64,000 bases of DNA, taken from NCBI GenBank assembly GCA_964016885.1, contig OZ024743.1:320416001-320480000 (forward strand). The letters are read 5' to 3'. The notes beneath the pieces are model-generated. The model did no database searches and was not told the DNA's origin. It saw only the letters and a program-made list of their open reading frames with translations. Positions 51,940 through 64,000 of this stretch are shown in pieces. The first letter of the stretch is position 1, and every line of letters begins with the position of its first letter. This DNA is from Eledone cirrhosa (Eukaryota). A program made the position numbers and the translations under genes.

Positions 51940-53605
51940 ACGGTTTCGTCACTCTGCGCACATCACGAGAAACACTTCCATACCTGTAGAGTTTATCTCG
52001 AATCGGCCGGCAGTGTCCCTCGGTAGCACTGCCAAGCGAAGGATTTCTGGAAGTTATCCATCGTCCCGTCTCAAAAGTCCTCCGGAACACACTGGTCAGT
52101 TCGACTTCGTCGACACCCAGAGCCTCTCTGAGTGCGTCGTCGCAATTACCCACTACTAATCCTCTATAGAACTCGAGATTGGAAGTTCCACTGATAGCAT
52201 TGCCCGCCTGGTAGAGAGCAGTGAGTGCCTGGCAACTTTCCAGGTGCCAGTAACCCAGTTTGGTCTCTTCTTGACCCAGAACTGCAGCTCAGTCAAATAG
52301 ACGAGCTGCGGAAAGGCCCGTCTGATAAACGGCGACCACGCCTGTTCACCGTTTAGGCAGAATATCTGGAGATGTCGCAGCCTCAGTGCATGTCTGCGCA
52401 TCATTAGCCACAGTATACCCAGCTCTCCGCGTGGCGGGTGCTGGCAGCAGATGGACCGCAGATGGACCGAGCTGCAAGCCCAGCAACTTTTCCGGGTTAA
52501 TAATTGTTTCTACTTTAGGCATAAGACCAGCAATTACCCAGTACATTACTGGTACTTTATTTTATCGACCCCGTAAGGAGGAAAGGCAAAGTTAACCTCG
52601 GTGGGATTTGAACTCAGACTGTAAAGGGACGTAACTATGCTAGAAAGCATGGCGTCCAACCCTCTACCGACACTGCCAATTCACCGCCCTTTGCCGGGTT
52701 AATAATGAACAGTTCTGAAAGGGGGCCATCTACTCTAACAACAGTGTTGATGTCATTGTGCATGGAAGCGACTCACCCTCTGCAACGGGCCCAAAGCCCG
52801 CCGCCCTCAGTACAACCGCCAGGTATTGATGGTCGACCATATCAAATGCTTTCGAATTATCTAAATTGATCAGGGCCCCAACCGTGTCAGGTTCCGCAGC
52901 TACCCTCTCCATGATGTATCGCATGAGGTGGAGGTTGTAGATGAATCTGTTTGGAATGGTGCATGTCTGCACCTCTCCCACCAGACTCCCGATGACAAGC
53001 GTCAACCTTTTTCTAATAACTAGCAGAGTTATGGGCTTGACATTATATACGTTGACCCCTTTTTTAGGGTGTTTCTCAACAACGCCACTAATCCTCAAGT
53101 CACAGAACTGGAAATTCTTCCGTTCTGATGCCAGTTGTTGCAGTAGACGTCTGAAAAGAGGTCACCGTATATGTAAGGCATATGTACATAAAGCCCGCAA
53201 TATTTTGCTCACGCAGCCAGTCATTGCCTCCTGTATTTCAACGGCAGTTATCGGCTTTTCATAGCACTCCGCCTCTGTCATCGAGAATCGCGCAGGCCTT
53301 TGACATAGGGACTCAAGTCCATTCCAATGTCCTGCCCGCAAATACTCATTCATGAACAGTTGAACGAAGTGCAGCTGAAAGGCCGCACACATGCTGGGGA
53401 TCGACTAACATGCGCTCGCTGTGATGCGCCAAAGACCACGACTTTGTTGCCACGCCATGCCTTCACCACCCGGGCCCATTGAACGGCTTTCGTCCCCTCG
53501 TGTCTTAGAGCACGTGCCTTGGCTCTGACAATGCAGCCTTCGTGCTTAGAGTTGAAGAATTGGTCGTGATGCCTTTTCTATGTGCCTCGTCTAGCTTTCT
53601 AACTG
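51940..53605 (-). mobile_element. Old, deleted Tx1-clade LINE interrupted by a SINE
   Basis: NLHLMRYIMERV, GALINLDNSKAFDMVDH, MRRHALRLRHL; many indels. Confidence 0.85.
52505..52693 (-). mobile_element. SINE inserted in the old Tx1, with 13-bp TSD
   Basis: ccgggttaataat on both sides. Confidence 0.85.
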
Positions 53606-53939
53606 GTGCCCTTGTGGTATAATTTGCATGACTTGTCAAATGTATGTATTATCAAATTTTGTCCCGGGTGCCAGGTTATCACTTGCCTTTATTTGCGAAA
53701 GAAGCAGAATTCAAAGAAAATTTCAAGTATTAATGATATTAATAATAATAATAATACAATTTTAAACATGATGTGCATATGTATAAAGCAAATGATATAC
53801 TTGTATCCGTGGAAAGTACGTGACGTGAACAATCTGTTATATATATTTGTATGACTTATCAATGTAAAACAAAATAGTATGACTTATCAATGTAAAACAA
53901 AATTGAAAGAAAAGGAAAAACAAAAAATATAATATCTAC

Positions 53940-54530
53940 CAGTTAATTTCCAGAAATCATCACCAATCAAGCCGTATTTCTTTGGCTTATTGTCTGTGAC
54001 ACTACATTGGGAGTAAAATTGAGCGTATTCCATTGCTGTACATTTATTAACAACACACTTTTCTTTACAATGATCTTGTGATTTAATATTACCGAACTCA
54101 GCAAGATGATCACAAGTTATTATACTTGCTCAATTGATGACAGCAACTTTGCTTTCTAGAAAATAAAATGAAGTAAAACATAAATTTATCGTATAATAAA
54201 ACCAAAACATTTTTTCATACACGCAGAGTAGAGTTTCCAGAGTAAGTTCCACAATGATCTCCAATTCCCAGTATTGAATGCTTTTTCAGATCAATGCAAG
54301 GTTCGATTAGATCATATTCTTTAAAAAGTATTCCTTACCTTGCTGTTGATATCGTAACATTTGCTTGCTTCCTAGAACATAGGAGAATTTCAGAAGATCA
54401 ACTACGATAGAATTATTCAAGGGGGTAAAATGAATACTTTCAATGACCATACCTACAAATGACAGTCCTTCTTACCTTTATAACTAGAAAGCGTAAAATA
54501 ATATTACCGATACTAGGGAACAACCTTATC
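53940..54530 (-). pseudogene. Probable pseudogene of a small secreted PAN/Apple-like domain protein (candidate exons: one ending 54476, 54371-54339, 54155-53940)
   Basis: Canonical AG/GT boundaries. The 216-nt phase 1-1 exon reads SKVAVIN*ASIITCDHLAEFGNIKSQDHCKEKCVVNKCTAMEYAQFYSQCSVTD..., a PAN-like Cys pattern with an in-frame TGA. Confidence 0.45.
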
Positions 54531-55005
54531 TCTCCGAATTACGAAGACATTCACTCTTATACGATTGCCATGACCACAGAACAGATTCCATCTTTATGAA
54601 CATACTGTGTATTTATTAGCGTCTTGTGTTTGTTCAAAAGTAGAAATGACTGCAAAATTCACAATACATTCGTAGTTTAACGGTCAGAAAATCCAGTGAA
54701 TATTTCTCTTTTAATCTAGAGATTCAAGCCATTCTTAGAAAGCAAAGTCGTCAATAGTGAAAGTGTAGGCCTGCATGAATGTCCCGTTTACAGATTACTG
54801 TCAATATGCCCAGCTTGACTGTTACGATCGGGTCTTATACATCTGCTTCATTGATCGCTGCTTCACTGCAGTAGAGATTAGATTTTATAGAGTGAGATAT
54901 ATAAACGCCCACACACACACAACCACACACACGCACACACACACGTACACAGACACACACACACACACTCACACACACACACACACACATATATGTATAT
55001 ATATA

Positions 55006-55693
55006 GAGCCCTCTGCCGCTCATTTCGAATTTTGTTTATCGTGAACTCGTGCGCCGATTTTTCGATACTCGATCATTCTAATATTTTTAGCTCTGGACAT
55101 AGCTATCCACCAGTTAATTTTATTGTTCATTTTTTGTCGATTCTATTGAGTGATGAATAGCTCCTGTTTTATTTTAACATGTCTATTGAGCACTTTTATT
55201 CGATATGTGTATTTCCACATTTTTTCGAATAGTTTTCGCGGATGTAGAGGTTATCTCCCTTGCTGAATTCCATGTGCGTATTTTGCCTGGGTCTTAGCCA
55301 TCTTATCCGTTCGGACGAAAGCTCGTTGAAGAAGTAAATTTCCAGTCCGCTGAATTCTAGAAGTCTTATATATTTATATGTGAGCTGATAGAGTACAGTT
55401 TAAGGATTTACAGAAACCCAAGAAGCTAGATTTAACACCTTTCTAGTGGGTCCGGGTATGATTTTACATTCATTTAAATTTATTAATTTATTGATATTTT
55501 TTATCTGATTGTCCCGAATCTTCTGTTATCGATTTTTTATCGTGCGGTTGATTTTAGACGTGTTCTATGTGTGACGGTATTTTAACGATAGTTATAGCTC
55601 TGATTTATCTGAATTATTGAGCCCTCTGCCGCTCATTTCGAATTTTGTTTATCGTGAACTCGTGCGCCGATTTTTCGATACTCGATCATTCTA

Positions 55694-55697
<4 letters not shown>
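55006..55697. repeat. ~613-bp unit with a ~79-bp terminal direct repeat between microsatellites (non-autonomous partial-tandem element)
   Basis: gagccctctgccgctc...cgatcattctaatat at 55006 and 55619. Confidence 0.75.
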
Positions 55698-55756
<59 letters not shown>

Positions 55757-55781
55757 CATACACACACACACATATATATAT

Positions 55782-57250
55782 AAGTGGTTAACAACAGTTA
55801 GTTCACCATACCGAGAAAAATTATTTCATATTAGCGGATCCTCAGCTCGTAATGGACATGGTTATACAGAACAGGAAGGACAACCATACGAACGCGCATG
55901 CGCAGAAACGGTCACTTTGCTCAGACAATACTAAATTGCGTGCGAGAGGTGTAAGGGAGATAACTGCGAAAGTCCGAAAGTTTCTAGTTGATAAGAAAAT
56001 TAGGATGTTGTTGTAATTCAATCCGGAGCTTTATAGTTATGTAAGGTGTTTCGAGACGTGTGGACAACGTGTAAAGAATTCATTTCTTGAGTTTAGGCAG
56101 TCGCTATTGCGTAATCTCTTTAGAATATTTATTCGTTCATCAATACATAGTCCACACGACGGATTGCCCCTTGCGTATGGCTTGGACTTAGTGATGGCTT
56201 TCCATTGAATGGAGTAGTCTATACTTGAGTCCTTAAGGTACCATACGTGGCTAGCGAGTTTCGTGGATGAACGTCTGTCCGAATACCTAGAGGTCGACTG
56301 GTGGTTCAGGAAGCGTTCTTTAAATCGGCCGTCCGCCATACCCACATAGGATTTGACCTCCTGTGGTTGATTTGGTCGGTTGGAAGTGACCACAGCTTCA
56401 TAAACTACAGCGGGTGTGATGCATTGCTGTTGAAGGGGACAAGCTTCGGGCTTACGGCAAGAGCACCCTAGTGGGGTGTTGCTCTTAGGGCTGTTGGTGA
56501 TGTGGGCCTTCAAGTTCTTAGCGCAGGAGTATCCTAGTTTAACTTTGTGACGGTTAAAGATGGAGCGGTATTTATGACCTATGGGGAAGTGTCTATATAA
56601 GAGGGCTAGAAATGTTTTTCCTACATTGGTTTTAACGTTGAGTGAGAAGGGAGGAGAGAACCAGATAGTTTGTCTATTGTTAGGCTTTGTTTTCTTATTG
56701 CTGTTGTTGTTAGTGGGAGAGTAAGTGATAGGTTGTGAGAAGCCGCTGTTAGCTAACACCGTGTTATTGTAGGGTGCTGCTCTGTCAAAGATAGCCTTAT
56801 TAGAGGAGAGGTTTGAGATTCTAGTACTAATATTATTTACGAAGTTTCTAAAACAAATGGTATGGTGGTATGAGTCCTTGTGAATGTAATTGAGTTTTTC
56901 TTTAAGCTTACGGAAGGGTCTGTAGGTGTGTGTGCGAAGGTCTAAATTAATGTCTAAGAAATCTACGCTAGAGAGGTTCGTAGCTACTGTTATTCTAAGT
57001 CCTAACTCATTGAAGGTAGAAGCTGAATAATATCAGTACTAGAGTCTCAAACTTCTCCTCTAATATGGCTATCTTTGACAGAGCGTCACCCTACTATAAC
57101 ACGGTGTTAGCTAACAGCGGCTTCTCGCAACCTATCACTTACTCTCCCACTAACAACAACAGTAATAAGAAAACAAAGCTTAACAATAGACAAACTATCT
57201 GGTTCTCTCCTCACTTCTCACTCAACGTTAAAACCAATGTAGGCAAAAAA
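55782..57250 (-). mobile_element. Penelope-like element (same family as 20045-21420) with an inverted 5' segment (57025-57250) and a decayed hammerhead (55811-55849)
   Basis: ORF 56037-56759 has GCSCRKPEACPLQQQC and GIY-YIG. 57025-57250 is an inverted copy of ~56620-56835. 3' UTR has a CUGAGGA..GAAA remnant. Confidence 0.88.
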
Positions 57251-57506
57251 TCTGTCTCCTCTTCCTCTCTCTATGACTCTCTTTCGATCTACTCTCTCAC
57301 AACCACAATCTCTTTCTCTCTATACTTCTATCTCTGTTTATGGAGCTACCCGGAGAAAACCCATATCTCGGGAACCAGTGCTTCAATTTACGCGAAACTT
57401 TTTCCCATTATGCACCCTTTTGGCTCTATTGCATCGCAGACAAGCGAGCCAGCAAGCAATCACAGACCTTTAGTAATAGATAGATAGATAGATAGATAGA
57501 TAGATT

Positions 57507-57572
<66 letters not shown>

Positions 57573-57573
<1 letters not shown>

Positions 57574-60500
57574 TTCTTTATTTGCCACAATGGCGGACAA
57601 GAAAAGGGGACAATACAAAGACATGCCGGGGATTTTACATACAGTCGTGTAAAAAATATAAAAACAAACAATTACAACCATCGAAATCACCAATAGGGGG
57701 GAAGCGCAACAAATGGGTTGTTTAATACCCCGTCGATAGAACAACCCTCAACTCCAGGAGCGTGTTGTGCAAGTGCTCCTTTCTTCCTTTTGCTCTCTTC
57801 TTCAACCTACAGGCTTATAAACAGAGGAGGCCCAATCACTCGGCCATTTTCGCTTCATTCACCCACCTTTCAGTAAATTTACTGGGGTGCAGTGCCTCTC
57901 TCTCTATTCTGATTCTCCTTCTAAAGTGATACTTAAAGAAGTGAATCAATTGTTGTCCGAAGAGAAAGGCATCTGTCCTCGGTCCTCTGAATCTCATTCA
58001 CCATATAACTTCTTTCACCATAGCCACCGTACAGAGGAAAACCGCCTCTCTTTCGTTTTTGAAAGAGGCTGGCGGTTTGATCCTTACTATGGACTCGGCA
58101 GTCAACTGGATTTGTCCCATACGCGACAGCAGTTGTTCTGCATACTTCCACAGGTCGGTTATACCCGGGCAGTGTACATTTGCGTGCAGGACTGTTTCAA
58201 TGTACTGCGCGCATCTTGGACACGTCCTCTTGGAAGGATCCCTGCCGGGGAGGCCGTGCCTGTAGATCTTGTCACGAACCGGTAGAGCTGCTCGGTAGCA
58301 CTGCCAGGCCAGGGACTTCTGGAAGTTGTCCATAGATCCCGGGTGGAAAGTCCTACCAAACAGACTGGTGAGCTCATCGTCTTCGACGCCCAGAGTCTCT
58401 CCGAGCACGTCGTCGCCCTTGTAACGTACAATCCCTCTATAGAATGTCGAAGTGGAGTCTCCACTGATTGCTGCGCCCGCTTGCCAGAGGACTGTGAGCG
58501 CCTGAGCACTTTCAATGTGGCAGGCGCCCATCGTTTTAGGTCGTTTCTTGACCCAGGACTGCAGCTCCGTCAGCGAGACGAGTTGTGTGAAAGCCTGTGT
58601 CACAAACGATGCAGACACCGGTTGGGGACCGGTGAGGAATACCTGGAGATGCCGCAACCTCAGCGCATGTTTGCGCACCAACAGCCACGGCAGGCCCAGC
58701 CCTCCGTGGGAAGGGTGCTGACACCAGACGGATCTCCTCACCAGCGGAGCCTGCTTCTTCCGCAGAAACTGGATGAGTATGCGTTCCATCTTGGCGAGGT
58801 GTTCACGGGGACAAGGCACGACAGTCAAGCGGTAGTAGATGACGGACGCTATGAAAGTGTTCGCCATCTCCGCTCTACCTTTCAAGGACAGTTGCACTCT
58901 GCCCAGTTCTGGGTGAGTGCAAACACCTTGGCCGTGACCTCGTTCCAGTTTTTCTCCACCTGGAGGTCTGGACCGAACCAGACCCCGAGCAATTTCACCG
59001 GTCCGTCCGTCCAGCGTCCAACGACGCTGTCGGACGTCATCGGTTTGCCTCTTCACGTACCGAGTTGCAAACCGACAGACTTGTCCGGGTTTAGTTTTGC
59101 TCCCGTCAGCGTTTCGTATTCCTTCAGTAAGTTGCCGATCACCCAGATTTCCGAGGTACTCGACACCATAACCGTCAACTCGTCGGCATAAGCCGACGCT
59201 GCTTTGCGCAGTCCCGGTTCTAGAGGGATGCCCTGCAACAGCTCCAATTTCCGCAGTAGTGGCTCTAGAGTCAATACATACAGAATGGAGGAGAGAGGGC
59301 ACTCCTGTGGAATGCAACACGTGATTGCGAACGGCTCCGATAGGAAGCCGTTCACCTTGAGCCTCAAGCAGATGCAGGTGTGCATCGCCTCGATCCAGCC
59401 TCTTTACACGGTACCGAAACCGGTCGCCTTGAGAACCGCTTCCAAGTATCGATGATCGACCCTATCGAATGCCTTAGACTGATCCAAATTGATCAGAGCC
59501 CCACCGAAGCCGGGTTTACTACCCACCCTCTCTATGATGTATCGCGTGAGGTGGGGGTTGTCGTGTATGGACCTGGTTGGGATTTCACACGTTTGCGCTT
59601 TCCCTACCAGGTTCTCGACGACAAGCGCCAACCTAGTCGCTAGCACCTTCGCCAAAATCTTTAACTCTGTGTTGAGCAGAGGTATGGGCCTGAAGTTGTT
59701 AATTTCGTCCCCCTTGTTCTCGTCTTTCCTGATCAGCGTTAATACGCCCTTGCCTACAGAACTGGGAAATCTCCCGTTCTGCTGCCAATTGCAGTAAACG
59801 GCTTCGAGGAAGCCAGAGAACAAGTACGGCATGACTATGTAAAACTCATAGGGTAGACCATCTAGACCGGGTGACTTGCGTTTCCCGCAGCGGCCCAGAG
59901 CGACCCGTATCTCAGTGTCCGTGATCGGTCTTTCTCAGAACTCGGCGTCCGTGTTCAAGAGACGTGGCAGGCCGTCGAGGTATGAACTAAAGTCCATTGT
60001 CCCGTTCGGCTCACCGTCGTTTTGCTCAAACAGTCGCACAAAGTGCCGCTGAATGACCACACACATCTGCCTGGGGTCAAGTAACACACGTCCGTTTTGC
60101 TCTTCCAAATACCGAATCGTGGACTTGTTGCCACTTTTTGCCTCCGCCACTCGGGCCCAGCTGACAGCTTTCGCTCCTTCGTTTCCTAGAGCACGTGTTT
60201 TTCTTCTGACCACGCAGCCTTCGTATTTCGCCTCGAAGAACTGGTCCAGTGCCGTTCTCGAAGCTAACACTCTAGCCGCGTTGCCACTTCTAAGTGCCTC
60301 CTCTACCTTGGCTACTAGTTCTTGTTCTATTCTGTTTTTCTCTAAGGCTAACTATCTGCTATACCCTATCGATTCTATTCTAATTGCTTTCTTGAGACAG
60401 TACCACCATCTATTGTTGACGATGGCTCCCGTTAACTGTTGCTTGACTAGTCTACTTATCCGTTCACTGTAAGCTTTACGTGCCGGCAACGACACGTTCG

Positions 60501-60992
60501 GCTTCCAGTATCCGGGACCCTGTCTATGTATTATATCACTGTTAACTAGGCAGACGACTAACTTGTGATCTGAATAGGCAACCATGTGCCTTCGTGGACA
60601 GCTTAACACCTCCTTGTCCCTTTCTCTAATAAAGAACCTATCTAAATTCGATCTAGATGTCCCACTGTGGTTTGCGCACGTCCACTGTGGTGCAGTCGGG
60701 AAATTCAGTCGATACCTATCGGCCAGTTGGAATTGGCCGATTAAAGTTTTGAGGCTGTTGCACCCCGCTCTACTGGGACATGCTCCCACATAGTCCTATC
60801 GTGCATCTAGTATACCATTCCAGTCCCCCCACTAAAAGTAAGGAGCGAGACGTTCCCAGAAAAGACTCTAGACGCTTAAAGAATTCTGGCCGTGATTGCG
60901 ATTGCCCGGTCGGGGCATAAACGGCCACCAGGCTGAAGGCCCCCACCTCCAATACTGTTCACGTCTAGGACTACCAGTCTACCCTCCGGGTC
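57573..60992 (-). mobile_element. Tx1-clade LINE (same subfamily as 28850-33480), 5'-truncated in the endonuclease
   Basis: APE-RT-CCHC motifs; 3' end joins (GATA)n at 57473-57572. Confidence 0.93.
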
Positions 60993-63830
60993 GTGTTGGA
61001 TCCAACACTCTCTATAATGTATCGCATAAGGTGGAGGTTGTCGTGGATGGCCCTGGACGGGATAGTACATGCCTGCGCATCTCAAACCAGGTTGCCCACG
61101 ACAAGCGCCAACCTCTTTGCTAACACCTTGGCCAAAATCTTTAACTCTGCATTTAGCAGAGTTATGGGCCTGAAATTACTTATTTCGTCCCCCTTGTTCC
61201 CGTCCTTCCTCACTAGCGAAACTACGCCCTTGGTCACAGAACAGGGAATTCTCCCGTTCTGTTGCCAGTTGCAGTAGACCGCTTCGAGGAGTTCGGGGAA
61301 CAAGTCCGTCATAGCTAGATATAGTTCGGATGGAAGACCATCAAGACCCGGGGATTTGCGTTTTCCGCATCGGCTCAGCACAGCCCCTATCTCAGCAGCT
61401 GAAATCGGCCCTTCGCAGGACTTCGCCTCCTCGTCCGAAAGACGCAGCAAGCCGTCGAGGTATGGACCGAAGTCCACATCCCCATCCGGCCCCCCTCTCC
61501 TCCCGAACAATCGGGTAAAGTGCCTTTGAAAGGCCTCACACATCTGCTTAGGTTCAAGGATCACCCGTCCATCCTGGTCTCGCAAAGACCGGATAGTGGA
61601 TCTAATCCCTCCTCTGGTTTCTGGCACGCGGGCCCAGCTAACATCTTTGGTCCCCTCGTTTCCTAGAGCACGTATTTTGCTTCGGACAACGCAGCCTTCG
61701 TGCTTCGCGTCAAAGAACCGGGCCAAGGCCGTTCCCGACGCTAGCACTCTGGCCACGTCGCCGCTTCTAATTGCCTCTTCTACACTATCTACCAACTCCC
61801 TTTCTTTCCTATTTCTATCTGAGGCTAACTCCTTACTAAATCCTATTGAAACTACTTTAATCTCTCTTTTGAGAGATCCCACCACCTGCTGTTGACGATC
61901 GCTCCCGTCAACCGCTCCTTAACTAAAGTACTAATCCTGTCCCTGTACACTTTACTTGCCGGTAAGGACAAGTTCAGCTTCCAGTAACCGGGTCCCTGTC
62001 TATGGGATCTATCAAGGTTGAGTATGCAAGTTACTAATTTGTGATCCGAATAGCCAACCATGAGCATCTTTAGACAGCATAAAATTATCATTATTTCTAA
62101 CTAGGACCCTATCTAGGTACGACCTAAATGATCCGCTGCAGTTTGCCCAAGTCAAGGTTGGCGCAGTCGGGAATTATTTTAGGAGGACCCGGTTAATGGG
62201 TCCGACGCAGGGCGGGAGGCACGTCCTCTTTAAAATTGTATATGTCCTCTGGGACTTTTATCATTTTGAGGTGGGGGAAATCCCCTGCCTGGGTGAAGTT
62301 AGGCCCTTCGGTTTCTACCAAATTATTATTATAAATAATGTTCAACAGTTTTTTGTTTCTTGTGTTTATGTATGTGTATGCATATTTTTGTGTGGTGTTT
62401 TTTGTTTGCTGTTGTTGTGTGTTCTTTTGTGTTGATGTCTGTGTTATGTTTTGGGGAGGGTTGTTTTTATTTGTGTGTCTGAGGTATGTTTTCTTTTCTT
62501 TCCTTTGACTTTTTGGAAATGCTCCCCCTCGTCTGACGACAAATGCGGATCGTCTTCCGTGTTGAGGGGAGGGGTACATTTTCGGGTAGTGTTTGCGGTG
62601 CGGCTGTTTTGGAAATTGTTTCTTTTAGTGTGTGTGTGTGGTGGTGGGGGGGGGGACAGTATTTTGTTTTGTGTTAACTTGTGGTTGTTGTTTTTGTAGT
62701 GGTCGTGGTGGTGATTGTGTTGGTTGTGTAGTTGTTGGTGGTGTGGGCAGAATTGGAGTTTTCTTTTTAAGTTGAGGACAGACAGCCTTCAGGTGACCTC
62801 TGGTTCCACTGATGTAACACGAGGGCCGCCTTCCCTCAACGGTAATGTTTATAAAATTTCGGTCATCCAGTATGACGCGTTCGGGCATCTGGGCGATCCT
62901 TTTGGGCCTCATTTGAACTAAAAGTTCGACGCCCGTTCCACTGAACGCGTCACCCGATACCTTTCCCATGGATATTAATATGTCATCGTTCAGGTCAAGA
63001 AAACCTGTTAACACCCACCATATGTCCATAATTGGAAGAATTGTGTGTATTTTTATTTTCTGTGACCTTCTACCCATGTATGTAGGGTAGAAGGTGTATG
63101 CGGTGGATGTAATAGGTTTACCGAAAGTTTTTTTGACGTGTCCTGATCCTTCATGAGAATGGATAGACTCCCATAGAGTCTATCCTTTTGTATGAACAGA
63201 ATGTCTTACATTACATCTTTTAAGACCATCTCTATCTCACTCTGTGATGGTTGAGCTGGTTTTTTCGTTTTATTTAACACTGACCTAAACATCACTGTGT
63301 TTAGGAGTAGCTGACTTTTTAGTTCCGGTGGGGGGGGATCGAGAATGATCCATTTTCCCCGTATACTATGTATTTTTTGGCTTCTGCAGTAGCTCATTAG
63401 CGTTGCTTATGTCTACTGGCAGGTATTCAAGGGTTGTTTTCGCAGTTTGGGCAAAGGAAATATTTTCCTTGTTCGTGGAGTTGTTCGTGTTGCTGTTGTT
63501 GTTGGTGGTGTTGTTGTTATCATTGTTGCTGTTGTTCTTGTTCTTTTTGTTGTCATTATTGTTGTTGTTGTTGTTGTTGTCCTTGTTGGTGTTGTTTATA
63601 TTTTGCATGTTATTGGTGTTTGTGTTAGTGTTGATGTTACAATCAACGTTCGACATCGTGTTTTCAAACGAAAATTTCACCCAGGGAGGGGTGAAGATGA
63701 GTTGACCCACCGTTTGAAAGTCCAGACGTGCGGTCGAGCTATAAAATAGTCTCAAATTTAACAATAAATGTTTTATTTCTTACTTAGAAAATCAACAAAA
63801 ACTTACCAGCGAACTGGCACACGTCTATCG
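60993..63830 (-). mobile_element. Tx1-clade LINE 5' half (5' UTR, ORF1, deleted APE, RT N-terminus), fused to the 57573-60992 copy
   Basis: 5' UTR homologous to copies 2 and 4; ORF1 INITVEGRRPSC; GPGYWKLNLS; breaks at HLMRYIIESVG. Confidence 0.9.
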
Positions 63831-63835
63831 AGGGA

Positions 63836-63852
63836 GATAGATAGATAGATAA

Positions 63853-63905
<53 letters not shown>

Positions 63906-63927
63906 GAGATAGATAGATAGATAGATA
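63836..63927. repeat. (GATA)n tract between two Tx1 copies
   Basis: Directly visible. Confidence 0.95.
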
Positions 63928-64000
63928 TGTTTCTTTATTAGTCACAGGGGTACAAAAGAAGGGGACAAATACAAAGAGGGAAGTTTACATACAATAAAAA
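63928..64000 (-). mobile_element. 3' end of a further Tx1 copy continuing beyond the window
   Basis: Matches the 3' UTR at 10261-10330. Confidence 0.85.

Noticed and set aside
54130-54132. In-frame TGA as selenocysteine in the PAN-like exon
   Set aside because: Not at an evident conserved Cys position and no SECIS seen; a nonsense mutation is simpler.
57998-59320. 440-aa ORF as a novel protein
   Set aside because: Frameshift chimera of an alternative frame and the Tx1 ORF2 C-terminus. Antisense ORFs over Tx1 copies are likewise shadows.

Overview
AT-rich, microsatellite-dense animal DNA. The tRNA-headed SINE family and repeat content resemble a coleoid cephalopod such as Octopus; this is an inference. 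Host genes are sparse: a minus-strand spliced gene for a secreted VWA-domain protein (signal-peptide exons near 17 kb, an 18-nt micro-exon, a VWA exon at 808-1374 and a decayed VWA pseudo-exon), and a probable PAN/Apple-domain pseudogene near 54 kb. Most of the window is mobile DNA. (1) A 310-bp tandem repeat carries a minimal type-I hammerhead ribozyme in every unit. Six units form a ~1.9-kb head-to-head palindrome between (TA)n tracts, next to a Penelope-like (Naiad-type) element whose own hammerhead has the same U-U closing pair. This looks like a retrozyme/circRNA system beside a possible helper. (2) At least 11 Tx1-clade non-LTR retrotransposon copies or fragments of several subfamilies are mostly stacked head-to-tail and separated by (ATCT)n. 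They share covarying 5'-UTR hairpins, and ORF2 is bracketed by a conserved splice-donor/acceptor-like pair. (3) Also present are RTE-type LINE fragments, SINEs, a non-autonomous Helitron, MITEs and many fold-back palindromes. All calls come from reading the sequence by eye; no searches were run.
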